Positions 1 to 12,647 of a stretch of DNA of 38,656 bases are shown in pieces. The position numbers and the translations under genes were made by a program. The notes below the pieces were generated by a model, which searched no databases, was not told where the DNA came from, and was given only the letters and a program-made list of their open reading frames with translations. This DNA is from Trypethelium eluteriae (taxonomy: Eukaryota): NCBI GenBank assembly GCA_051942245.1, contig JAVECL010000184.1, positions 1-38,656 on the forward strand, given 5' to 3'. How positions within the stretch are numbered: position 1 is the stretch's first letter; each line of letters starts with the position of its first letter.

Positions 1-351
1 ACCTGCCCACTACCTGCCCACTTCCTCTCCAACTTCCCCCACGACCAACCTTCCCAAGGGCCCCTAAACAAACCAGATCTGCTACACCAAGATTCATTTG
101 CTCCCAGCCGTGAAATCCTGACTGGCAAGACTGCCGCGCCAATCAGCATTCCTGGCTACGGCTTGACGGGTCTCTTTCGTAGACCTCTGATACAGGCACT
201 CGCGTGGAGGCTACCGTACTTGAGAACATTGCTACCTCAATTGGCCCCATTTCTGGGCCAGGGGGCAAATCCTCTTATAGGTGGTTTGCTGCAGCGCCAC
301 AACTTGGGTCGGCAGCTTGGAAGTCGCCTTTCTTTTTTCGAATCGTCCACC

Positions 352-1714
352 ATGGAAGTCCAGATCGATACCGCCGCGGCCCAAGAAGCTGGCGAGCCCA
401 ACCTCACTTCGCCGATCCCTACTTCCGCCTCTTCAGGTACGAAGCGCAAGCGAGAGCCTCCGCCAAAGTTCTACTCTGTCCGCGTCGGACACGAGCCAGG
501 GATATATCATAGCTGGGCGGAATGCTTGGAGCAAGTTAGAGGGTTCAAGAATGCTACATGTACGTGCAGGCTCCGGATTACTCGTTCGGAGTGAACTCCG
601 AAGTACTGACTGCCTCTTTAGTCAAATCATTTACCTCACTCACCGACGCAGAAGCTTTTATGAATGCCACTTCTAGCTCTAAGTCTTCCTCATTAGCATC
701 TTCAGGGCCTCAAAAATTTTATGCTGTACAAAATGGCCGCGTCCCTGGCGTCTACGAAGATTGGGCTTCGGCCCAGCAGCAGATCACTGGTTGGACCCGT
801 CCCAAGCACAAGGCCTTCACCACTCGGGCTGAAGCTGAAGCGTTTGTGAATGCAGCACCCAATGTGGGGGATGCTGTCTCGAACGTCGTTGTTCCCGCAG
901 ATGGTACACCGCCAGCCAAGAAAGCCAAGAAAAGCAGGGACAGCGCAAGCTCCAAGAAAACCAACGGTGCTGCAGCAAGCCCAACGCCCGGCCTTGACGG
1001 AAAAGATGACGAATATGAGCCCGGACTTGGCCCACTTCCTCCGGACGCTGAGGATGGGTTTGATACCAATGTAATCCTAGACGTGGCGACTGGCAAAGTC
1101 AAATACAAGAGCGAAGAGCAAAGAAATGCGACGAAATGGCATGCCACAGGGCCCAGTAAGGGAAGCATGCTACGAATATACACCGACGGAAGTAGTTTAG
1201 GCAATGGTCAGAACGGATCCATTGCGGGTGTGGGCGTCTTCTTCGGTCCAGATGACCCACGGTACGTTTCCCTATTTATTCCCGCACAGAATTTCTCATC
1301 ACTCAATGACTACATCACTAACACCCACTCAGCAACCTCTCTGAGCCCCTTCCCGGCCCCCGGCAGACCAACCAACGCGCCGAACTCACCGCCCTCCTCC
1401 GCGCCCTTGACCTCACTCCGCACCACCTTGACGCCACCATCCTGTCCGACTCCTCGTACGCCATCAACTGCGTCACGGTATGGCATCGGTCCTGGGAGCA
1501 GAAGAACTGGCAGACATCAGCGAAGAAACCCGTTGAGAACCGCGACATCATCGAGAAAGTGCTCGAGAAGATCCGGCTGCGGGAGGAGGTTGGGAGTCAG
1601 ACTGTATTTGAGTGGGTGAAGGGGCATGCGAAGGACCCTGGGAATCTAGCAGCCGATGGATTAGCCGTGTTGGGCGCGAAGGAGGCGAGGGATAGGAGAG
1701 GGGAAGCCGGTTGA
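352..1714 (+). CDS. rnh1: Ribonuclease H1, 409 aa; exons 352-559, 622-1261, 1333-1714
   Basis: Two N-terminal hybrid-binding domains (KFYSVRVGHEPGIYHSWAEC; KFYAVQNGRVPGVYEDW). RNase H catalytic motifs IYTDGS, TNQRAEL, SDSSY, WVKGH, GNLAAD. Introns 560-621 and 1262-1332 (GTACGT..AG) restore the frame. Confidence 0.95.
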
Positions 1715-3417
1715 TTGGGTCGAGAGGATATGTATGACACTGGAATTTTGGGGTTGTACGGTGCACACTTATGATCAAAAGTTTGTTAACTTACACTTCT
1801 AGAATATCATGAAGTTATGGTGTTAGATTCTCCGAAAACGATGGGAGGTCTTGGTCTATCGGCCTTACTTCTGGGGATAATACTAGAAGGACCTGAAGAT
1901 TAAATGCATTAGACTCCGAAGTATCAGCAAGAAATTCGCAAAATTGGTTCATTTCAAGTGAGCCGATGTATATAATAGGGCTTTAAGTCTCCACTCCGTA
2001 GCTGCGGGCTTCCTCTGTCATCAAAGCAAAGACAGACCGAGAGGGATTGATTGTAGGTGTCGATTTGTGCAACGAGACATCGTAAACGCATTAGTAACAG
2101 GAAGCATATTCTGTAGCGGAGGAGAGACAGGCTATAAAACCCATCGTCTTCCAGTCCTTCCCTGACTGCTTATCTGCGATGAGCCTTCACAGAGGCTTTA
2201 CGGACGGGTGTCCCTAGCTGAGATGCCAGTGAACTCGGTCATGTTGACTCCGCCATTGTCAAAAGCCCGCTTGCGACCATGTGCTTCTCTGAATTCGATG
2301 CACTTCATCGTCCCCTCCGCAGGTTTGATAATTTCCGTGTAGTCCTCTCCGCAACCCGCTTGGCCTTTTCCTTCTAATGTTTGGCTCCTGCTGTAGCTTT
2401 TCTGACTCGTCAGTATCGCTTGAATATGTCTTTAGTCACCAGTCGACTATCATCTTTATAAAATCAGCCTCAGTTGAAAGCTGGGCCAGATGATTTGTAA
2501 GAGAACATTCGGCAAAAAGCAAATCAAGAAATCTAGAGAACACTGATGTCGTTGTCAGGAGATTAATGTGTAGCCAAGGAGCTACGACGCCATAGATTTT
2601 GCCTGCGCCGCTCAAACATGACAGGCGACTGTGTTCTGAAGGAATGACTGCTAGAGCTCCACACTTTCAATTTGAGTCAGTACTACATGAGCCGATTGAA
2701 CACACTGTGGCTCTTGTAGTCTCTAGTTGACTCAAGTCTGACATACATGAAATATGCTGCAGGGCGAGCATTACATTGCAAGAACGCTGATAGGGCTCCT
2801 AAGATACAGAAGACAAAATGACCCCGCTAATAGTAGAGAGCTGCATTTAGCCTCATCCTGCGATCCTCGTTGGTTGCATGTCTGCACTGACCTTCGATGT
2901 AGACATGAAAGTAGACGGCGTAGCAAAGAGAAATCCACATTGACCTAATGACAGAACTTCTGCAGTCTTCTAAGCATTCCTGACTGTCATGGCATCTTTC
3001 AGCCTTCACTTTGAAACGTTAAAACTTGCAGCGTCAACAGGGAATTTAATGCGGCTCTGTGACTTCATGGGCAACACGCGACTCTTCATTTCGGAAGGTA
3101 TGTGGCAGCCGTCGGTAAGGAACAGAATTTCATCAGGAAACCCTCGTCTGCTCCAGCTACGGAGCCCAAGGCTTAGTCTCGGACACGTAGTAGAGGAAGA
3201 TAAGGTGGGTATCAGTGATCTTCCAACAATAATCGTGTCCTTTTGAATGAGTTGAAAAGGAGAAAAGAAGATGAGAGCGCTGTGGAGGTTGAGTTTTACC
3301 CCCCTGGCACAGGTTGCCCAATCGGGAGTGGCGCATTATCAATGATCCTAACATCGGACCTCGACATTCACGGCGAAATCCATTCTTCTTTCAACCCACA
3401 CTCTCTCCTTCTCGAAG

Positions 3418-5883
3418 ATGCTGAGGCAGTCAATGCTGCGGTCGCTCACACGGCCGCAAAGGCTTCGGTGCCTGACTGCCCGGCGAACATTTGCTGCAAG
3501 CCCTAGAAGACCTGCAGAAGTCGAGCTCACAGTCGGTACGCCACTACCACATTGCCACTTTTGAAAGAGCAGTATCTTAACCACCGTCGCAGATGGCAAA
3601 AAAGTATCTATCGAAGGTACAAACTTCTACAACTCGCTCATCCTTGCAGCTATCTAATCCATTTGTAGCCGGCTCTGCCCTCATACAAGCATGCGAGAAA
3701 GCAGGCGTTACGATACCCCGGTACTGCTACCACGAAAAACTCATGATTGCTGGCAACTGTCGTATGTGCTTGGTAGAAGTCGAAAGAGCACCCAAACCTG
3801 TTGCATCATGCGCATGGCCTGTCCAGCCTGGCATGGTCGTCAAAACGGATTCGCCCCTCACACACAAGGCCCGCGAAGGTGTCATGGAATTCCTCCTGGC
3901 TAATCATCCTCTCGACTGTCCGATTTGCGATCAAGGAGGAGAATGTGATTTGCAAGATCAGTCAATGAGATACGGCGCGGATCGGGGTCGTTTCCACGAG
4001 GTTGGTGGCAAGCGCGCGGTTGAGGACAAGAATATTGGACCACTAGTAAAGGTGAGCACACTGACTGCTGCTCTCGGACTTGGGCTGACGGTTCCGAGAC
4101 TTCAATGAACAGGTGCATACATTGCACGCGTTGCGTTCGGTTTGCGAATGACATTGCTGGAGCTCCCGAGCTTGGATCTACGGGTCGTGGCAACGACCTT
4201 CAAATCGGTACATACCTCGAGACGGCACTGGACACTGAACTGTCCGGCAACGTCATCGATCTCTGCCCAGTCGGTGCTCTTACATCCAAACCATACGCGT
4301 TCCGAGCTCGACCTTGGGAACTGGGACATTTTGAATCCGTAGACGTCCTTGATGGATTAGGCTCAAACATTCGGGTTGATTCTAGAGGTTTGCAGGTCAT
4401 GAGGATACTACCTAGGCTAAATGACGATGTCAACGAGGAGTGGATTAATGACAAGTCACGGTTTGCCTGTGATGGCCTCGGTACACAACGACTGACAACT
4501 CCTCTCATTCGACGAGACAATCAATTCCAGCCAGCAACGTGGGGTGAAGCTCTTTCTGAAATTGGCAAAGCCTACAATAGCCTACAGCCTAAGGACAATG
4601 AATTCAAAGCAATCGCCGGTCAACTCGTGGAGACTGAAGCGCTGGTCGCCATGAAGGACCTTGCCAACAGCCTTAATTCAGAAAACCTTGCTCTCGACCA
4701 GCCTGAGGGGAGCCAGCCTCTTGCCCACGGTGTTGATGTTCGCTCATCATACGCATTCAATTCTAAAATTTATGGAGTCGAGGAAGCTGATGCAATCCTG
4801 CTTGTTGGTACTAACCCTCGGCATGAAGCTGCCGTTTTGAACGCCCGGATCCGGAAACAGTGGCTTCGCTCAGATCTCGAGATTGGCCTCGTTGGAGAAG
4901 ACTTTGATTCGACCTTTGAGTATGAAAAGTTAGGTGACAATGCTACGAACCTCAAGGAGGCCCTTTCAGGTTCCTTTGGCAAGAAACTACAGTCCGCAAA
5001 ACGACCCATGATCATCGTCGGCAGCGGCGTCGTAGAGCATAGAGATGCGAAGATCATGTTCGAGAGCATCGGATCATTTGTCGAAAAGAACAAGGCAAAC
5101 TTCCTCACTCCCGAGTGGAATGGATACAATATCCTCCAGCGTGCTGCATCCCGAACCGGAGCCTACGAAGTTGGCTTCACCGTCCCGTCAGTCCCAGTTG
5201 CGCAGACGAAGCCCAAAATGATCTGGCTCCTCGGTGCAGATGAGATCACTGACGCAGACATACCTAAAGATGCCTTTGTCATCTACCAAGGCCATCATGG
5301 TGACCGTGGCGCTCAAGTCGCTGATGTCGTTCTGCCTGGGGCAGCATATACCGAAAAGGGTGCAACATACTTGAACACCGAAGGCCGTGTCCAGATGACG
5401 CGTGCTGCGACCTCGCTCTACGGCGCAGCCCGTGACGACTGGAAGATCATCCGGGCGGTCAGCGAATATCTAGGCAAGCCCTTGCCCTACGACGACGTAG
5501 AGCTTTTGCGCGATAGAATGGCAGAGATCAGCCCGTCGCTACGCAGCTATGATGTTGTTGAGCCTGCAAGCAAGGACATCGCTAGTTTGAGCAAGGTACA
5601 ATTGGTAGACCAGAATAAAGGCGCCAAGGCGACAGGTGAGAAGCTGAAGAAGGTTATTGAGAACTTTTATTTTACAGATTCCATCAGTAGAAGGTATGTG
5701 ATAGCCACCGAAATGTCGAATAGCGGAAATGCAGTCCGTGCTGACGACGACTTCAGTTCTCCAACGATGGCAAGATGTTCGGCGGCGAAGGCGACGAAGA
5801 ACCCACAAACGAACTTTATGGCCCCTGGTGAGCCATTTGCTCAGGTGCAGTACGGCGAAGGCATGGCTCAAGCATCTGCTTAA
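3418..5883 (+). CDS. nuo78: NADH:ubiquinone oxidoreductase 78-kDa subunit (NDUFS1/NuoG homologue), 748 aa; exons 3418-3535, 3593-3616, 3669-4051, 4099-5693, 5757-5883
   Basis: Arg-rich mitochondrial presequence ([17 protein letters not shown]). Fe-S motifs [25 protein letters not shown] and [16 protein letters not shown]. Four introns give a continuous frame. Confidence 0.97.
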
Positions 5884-6876
5884 ATTAAGATTCTTATGTT
5901 GCTATTAAGCGGAGATGAAATAGATTGGTCGTTACCAACTTATCTTCTGGCGTTCGATGTGTAGGTAAAGTCACGTTGTACCATGATATGTACAAATCCA
6001 ATCTTGGGTGTGCTCTTTCTCCGCGAGTCCAATCTGACTTCTGGCTATTAAAGCACATCTGTCGACTTAGTCCTCATACACTTAGGGACTTCAGCATAGC
6101 CTTCACCTCACTACCCGTATCTAGCATTCGCTCTATGCCACTAATCGTGACCACGCTGTTTTCGATCGCCCATATCATCAGCTTGAAAATATCGTCCTTG
6201 AAGAAAAGCTGTGGTCGTTGAGGAACCCTTCAACTTTGCAAGCACTCCTTGCCTTCAAAATAGCTTCTGAGATAAATTGAATCGCCTATCTCTCTCGTGG
6301 GAGACCTGCCGGGAGATGATTTACCCAGCACTTATCCCACTTCGAAAGCTACATGGAGGGGATTCTGAACGGCCCCTCATTCGGTCCCATTGCCCAATGC
6401 GCTCAAAGACGTACGAAATCTGAATGGTAAATCCACCTCACGTACAAATGCGCGGCAGAGGCGACGCAAGCCTACGCCATGGCGGAAGGCTGATTGACGC
6501 TGGTCTTTATGGAGTGAGCGTGATGTCTACGTCGACGGAGTCCGTCACCTGCTGGGGCTCTGAACAGAAGTCCCGCATCCTTCGAAGCTATCGACAACTC
6601 CACGACGAGGGCAAAGACCTGGCTAGTATTGACCTCTGCTGGTTCGGGGATCTAGAAAGGTTGGTGTTCAGCATGGATCGAAAGGAATTCAAGGATCCAT
6701 AAGGTTGAGCTAAAGGAGGCAAGGGTTAAAATGATTGGGCCATATTCCTGTTCGTGCTCGATATCTAAGCCGAGGGGCTCTCCCGAGAAATTCATCAATG
6801 ATGAATGTTCCGCAATGGCTATGCTTCGTACCGCTGCACACTAGTCTTGAGTACCAGTGTATACTGCAAAGCTCAG

Positions 6877-7245
6877 CTAGTCAATTAGATGAACAGGGGT
6901 ATCCTCTTCTACGTATAGGACGCCTGGGTCGCGCCGTATCTTCTCATGAACGACTTTGTAGCTGAATTTTCCATAGTACGACGACAGGCCATCAATGCGT
7001 CCAAACTCTTGCATTGAGGACAGATCCAATCCAATATATGCAAAGTGATCCTCCAATTCATGGCCTTCGCGAAGCTTGACGATGTAGTAATCAGGTATAG
7101 CAGGAAATCGTGTTGGATCGGAAGAAGGGTGGTAAGGCGCTCGATATGTGCTATACGAGACCGCAGGGGTTATCGAAGAAAGCACCATTCGAAAGATCAA
7201 GAAAGAGTTGATCAGCGAGACCCGCCAACAGTGAATTCTCGTCAT
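6877..7245 (-). CDS. Small peptidase-inhibitor I9 (subtilisin propeptide)-like protein, about 122 aa, possibly secreted
   Basis: PDYYIVKL...HF...Y.GKF....IRRDPGVLYVEEDTPV fits the I9 propeptide pattern. The N-terminus after ATG 7245 is hydrophobic. No S8 catalytic domain follows. Start codon uncertain. Confidence 0.65.
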   Translation of the reverse strand: MTRIHCWRVSLINSFLIFRMVLSSITPAVSYSTYRAPYHPSSDPTRFPAIPDYYIVKLREGHELEDHFAYIGLDLSSMQEFGRIDGLSSYYGKFSYKVVHEKIRRDPGVLYVEEDTPVHLID

Positions 7246-8285
7246 GTCCGTGGATGAATATTTGAAACGATAGGTAGCTCTCACAGCGGCTTGACGGCGG
7301 CGTGCTCGTAAAGGTCTCCTGGAATTGGAAAGATGTGGGTGAGACAAGAGCGATGCTCGATTGACAGAGGCAACTGAGCTGTGATGTAGAGCAATGCTAA
7401 TGGAATTCACGCTTTGCCTGATTGTACCTAGACTCAGCTAGAGGATGGCAAGTTTATGGTCGCGCCGCAAATGGAGTGGTGATGTTCTTCGGCGAAACTC
7501 TGGCGGGCGGAATTCCTTAGAGTAGCGGGCAGAATCCGGCTGGACAGAGTTGTCTCCACACAGTTTCCCCAATGTCATTTCATGTCTCCTCGTTTAGCTC
7601 CCAACTGCCAGGCTCATCCCTAATAATGGAGTACTTGCTCTCACGGATCTTGAAATGCTCTCCGAACCTTCAAGATTCTCGGGTCATGGTTCCATATACC
7701 GTACCTGAGCGCAAAACTTGCCAAGAAGCCCGATATGACAAGCCAAGAAGGCACGTACAAATGGTTGGAGAACTGCATCCTCATGTCTGTAACAAGATCC
7801 ATTCACCTTTTTCTCAATTCATAGTGCCATGGAATATCAGCGTAATGAACGTAACAACATCATCTTATCGCCCGAACCCGGCGTGTCCGAATAGGGATAG
7901 CCAGCGAAAACTAGTTCGGGCCAGGAAACACCGACGGTTCTGCACGGAAAAATTACCAAATCCTCCATAACCATGTATCGTCCGCGAGTGGTCTCTGTCG
8001 CCTCCGTGCTCGCTGCAAGTGCCCTCAGGGGTCTAAGATGTCGAGACCTCTGAGGCTATCTGCAGGGACTGCTCATCTTTGCGGGGTGCCTTGACTAGTT
8101 TGTAGATTTAGCCTCAAAGATCCACTACCGATTAACTTAAAGTAGGTGAAAGAAGTGTCGTGGCAAGGAGAAGTTTTGCTCTTTCGATTGACCCTGTAAC
8201 TCTTCCATAGCTCTCTAAAGTTAGGTCTATGATGTCCCCGATTTTGTAAAGCTTTTTGTTGTTCTTCTCTCTTCGGCCTGGCATA

Positions 8286-10894
8286 ATGGTTGGATTACAC
8301 CTGGGCATTTTCCTAACAGCCGGAATTGGCACTTTTACAAGAGTGGAGGCAAAGTCCCTCTGGTCAAGTACTCCAGCTGCAGCGGACGATGTCATTCAGC
8401 AATCTTACGCAGTTGGAAATGGTCGTCTTGGAGGTAGGTATTGTTCAATGGAGTAATTTGCCTTGACTTACGCAGGCCCAGCAATGCCATTTGGTAACCC
8501 AGGGTCTGAATCGATCAACTTGAACGTGGATTCACTATGGTCCGGGGGTCCTTTTGAGTGCAGTGTAAGTTCACAAGGAGTATCACTACTGACTTGATAC
8601 TGACGATCTGTCAGAACTATACTGGCGGCAATCCTTCATCCGAAAGATATACCTCTCTACCAAGCATTCGCCAATGGATATTCCAAAACGGGACCGGAAA
8701 CGTTTCCCAGCTATTAGGCAGTGAATATGATTGTTATGGAAGCTATCAAGTCCTGGGAAATCTAAGTGTGTCTATTGCGGGAATTACCTCAACTTCGAGC
8801 TACAATAGGTCACTCGATCTCACTACTGGAATCCATACCACCTCGTTCGTGACTGATGCCGGCGTAAGCTATACGTCCAGGGTCTACTGCTCCTATCCAG
8901 ATCAAATCTGTGTTTATCAGCTCGAGTCCAACTCGACATTACCAGCAGTCGGAATAGCTCTGGAAAACACGCTGGTGGATTCCAGCTTGCAAAATGCAAC
9001 ATGCAGTAAGAATAGTATTGGTTTTGCAGGTCTCACTGCAGCCGTTGATACTACTGGAATGAAATATTATGCCACCGCAAAGTTAGCGGATACCAACGTA
9101 ACAGCCACGTGCACGAACAGTACCGGCGCCTGGATGACAGTGCCATCTGTTGGCGGAAAACGCAGTCTAAGCATCCTGGTTGGAGCTGACACTAATTATG
9201 TGAAGCAGTACGGTAACGCCGCCAATAACTTCTCCTTTAGGGGCAACGATCCAACCGAGTCAGTTGACGCACTCGTCTCTGATGCAACGAGCAAGCCGGA
9301 GAATGATATTCGTCAGGCTGCAGTCGCAGATTACCAATCGCTAGCCAGCACATTTAGTCTCAGTCTCCCCGACATCGCCGGCTCTGCAGGACTGGAGACC
9401 TCAGAGATAGTATCTAGGTATAACATTAATGGAACTGGCGATCCTTACTTCGAGTCGTTACTATTTGACTACGCCCGGCATCTATCTTTTACATCATCTC
9501 GCGATAATTCTCTTCCTTCCAACCTTCAAGGGCGATGGAGTACTGACCTGTATGGAGCCTGGAGTGCTGATTACCACGCCAACATTAATCTGCAGATGAA
9601 TTATTGGATTGCTGATCAAACTGGCCTTGGCGAAGGGGTTCTAGCCGCACTTTGGGATTACATGCAGGAAACCTGGGTGCCGAGGGGTATGGAGACTGCC
9701 CAGCTCTTGTACGGCGCGCCAGGCTGGGTGACTCATGATGAGTTGAACATATTTGGGAGCACTGCAATGAAATATGATGCATCTTGGGCTAATTGTATGT
9801 CTTCCACTAAATTAGCCCTTCTAGGAGACTGTGAGCCCAATTGACCAACGCCAGATCCCGCGTCCGCGGCTTGGATGATGCAGCAAGTCTACGACCACTA
9901 CTCATACTCACAGAATACTTCCTGGTTCATTGACCAAGGTTATCCCCTTATGAAGGGCGTTGCTCAGTTCTGGCTTTCACAACTTCAACCGGATGCTTAT
10001 TTCAATGACTCCACATTTGTCGTCAATCCATGTAACTCCCCAGAACATGGGCCTACAACTTTTGCTTGCACGCACTATCAGCAATTGCTCAGTCAACTCT
10101 TCACGAGCATCCTTTCAACATCCTCGATCATTCCCTATGCCAACGTCTCTGGCTCGGACGACGCAGCCTTCTTCGCGAACGTCAGCGGCGCACTCGCCCA
10201 TCTCGATACCGGAATCCACATTGGCAGCTGGGGCGAGATCAAAGAATGGAAGGTCCCCGACTCCTTCGGCTATGACTTCGAGAACGACACCCATCGCCAC
10301 CTTTCGCAGCTCGTGGGATGGTACCCTGGATTCTCCGTTTCCGGTATCGCCTCTGGCTACACGAACTCGACTATCCAGAACGCGGTCGCCACCAGCCTCT
10401 GGAGCCGTGGCCCTGGCATCGTCGACTCCAATGCAGGCTGGGAGAAAGTGTGGCGAGCAGCGTGCTGGGCGAGACTCAACGAGACGGATGAAGCCGACTA
10501 TGAACTACGGCTTGCGGCAGGAAGCAATTTCGCACCGAATGGGTTCAGTATGTACTCGGGGCATAACACGCCGTTTCAGATTGATGCGAATTTCGGGCTC
10601 GCTGCGGCAATGTTAAGTATGCTTGTAGTTGATCTGCCAGATTTTAGCAGCAGTGTGGGAGGACAAGTTACCGGCGGAAATGGGAGGGCCAACGGACAAG
10701 GGAGAACAGTTGTTCTCGGACCAGCTATTCCTGCAAGATGGGGCGGAGGCAGTGTGAAAGGATTGAGGGTGAGAGGTGGTGGTATCATTGATTTTGGATG
10801 GGATGAGAGTGGACTGGTCAATTCAGTGACGGTAGTCAGAGAGGCAGTCGGAGGGCTGAGACTCATGGATCGAATTGGCAATGTGATAGGATAA
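8286..10894 (+). CDS. Secreted glycoside hydrolase family 95 (alpha-L-fucosidase), 816 aa; exons 8286-8433, 8482-8564, 8615-9794, 9855-10894
   Basis: Signal peptide, then [52 protein letters not shown] and FQIDANFG, all typical of GH95. Three canonical introns restore the frame. Confidence 0.92.
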
Positions 10895-12647
10895 CCAGAA
10901 GTCCTAACTACACCAGTCCCACAGAATGGAATATTTTACCATTCTCAATGTCTTCATTTCATCTTTCAAATATGGAATCGTCCGAGACCATCCTTGCATG
11001 TTCGCACTGTCTACCCTTCTTCCCCTGCAGATCTGCTGACACATTTGAAATTTAGAGGGCTCCTTTGCGGAGTCCAGAGATAACAGAAAGCATCATGCTC
11101 ACGTGCAGCTTCCCCAGGTATTACCTTAGGTACCTTGCCTTACCTACCTAATGTCGAAGCTCCTCATACAGACGCAGCATATCTGCACCGATGAAATACG
11201 GAGAAAAGCATTAGAGCCTCGAGGTAGCTCATACAAAATTCGACTTACTCCCTTTCATGCAAAGACAGGCTTTTTAACGGCATAGTATTGCTAACGGTCC
11301 ACCTAAGTCAATAGGAACATCTTCGCAACCATTACACGGTGCTTCTGCGAGGAGGCTCCGGCGCTGTCATCAACTGGGCTTTCGAGCATGGTCTAAACAT
11401 ATTCGACACTTCTGCGGAGTAAGTGATGGGTAGTCCAGAGGATGTACCTCTATATACCAGGCTGCATCGAGATACGACAGTCGGTGAGGCTCGATCTACC
11501 GGAAGGGTTGTCCAGGGAAGCTCTGCTACCATAGAGGAGGTCGGTCCATTTAAAGCTTCACATACAGTTGGAGCCTCAAGGAATCCATGGTAAGGGTGAC
11601 GGGCCGATATTGACTGCATAGGTGTTGCGGCCATTCTTCTTTTGCATATCTCTTATTCTCAGACGACCTTGTATGACTGTAACATTGATTCTGACGACAA
11701 CTAACGGTTCGAAGGTAGGCTACGGTCTAGACGAACGGTGATACGGGCGGCTATAGGGCTGTCTGGGTTTTAGCTTGCGGGACGGGCGTTGAAATCCTTG
11801 GTAAGGATGTTAGCATGAGCTCTACAAACAGTGTTTGTCGGGAAAGGGTTTGGTTGTTTTCGATTTCGAGATATGAATGATAAGAATGGAAGATCGATGA
11901 GAGTCGTAAGCTAGGACGAGTCTTTGAGCTTTACTTTGTAGAAATCTATGGACTTGACGCTTTTGCTTCCTAACGCTGGAACGACTGGAGGTTATGGCGG
12001 AGGTTATCCAGCTCCGACGATGAGCTTGATAATCTGGTCGCGCAGTCGTCCTCAGCGCGCTACAAGGTCGGTTAAATTTGTAGTCTCACGCGAGTCTTGA
12101 GAAGTACGGTGCGCTATGATACCTAGTTCATGTAGAGGCACATCCGGACATGCGCTATCCTAGATGGAAAATCTAACCGACTTTTCACCAGATCGGATAA
12201 AGTGATACCTTTGAATAGTGAATGCTTACTTAGATAGACTGGAGAGGCCCAAACTTGCAGATTCTAGGAACCACATACATCCAGGATTATGACGATGAAA
12301 AGAGCAGCATATTCGATGGTGATCGCTTCATAATGCTGAAGGGCACCGTTGGACGAGCAATTTCTCGCGTACACTAGAGTATCGTAGCCACGGACTTGAC
12401 GAAGACAACTCATGTATCATAATTTCACTAAATAGAAACTTTCGCACCAACATCCTGAATTAAAGAAAGACACGCTCTATCAGAGCTGTATTGGGGTGTA
12501 TTGCCATCAAGGATAGCATCTTCTTGGAGGTAGGGCAGACCCGCTATTCCCAAGCGCCAGTACCAAGCCGAAACTGAGTTAAGTCGACATAAACGGGCCA
12601 TTAATAAAGGCACCGGCTCACCGGCTAATCGTCTCTTCGTGTCATAT

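Noticed and set aside
1..21. (T)ACCTGCCCAC duplicate, similar to ACCTACCC repeats at 36435-36457 and TACCTACC near 11140
   Set aside because: Short low-complexity motifs common in fungal intergenic DNA; no factor can be assigned.
1800..3400. Short ORFs between rnh1 and nuo78, and in 7500-8200, 17700-19400, 24300-25000 and 30000-31400
   Set aside because: No recognisable motifs or consistent splice models; no tRNA or 5S signature found.
11315..11425. Exon-like fragment AVINWAFEHGLNIFDTSA, resembling the aldo-keto reductase G...FDTA motif
   Set aside because: Flanking putative exons give no further AKR motifs; too short to call.
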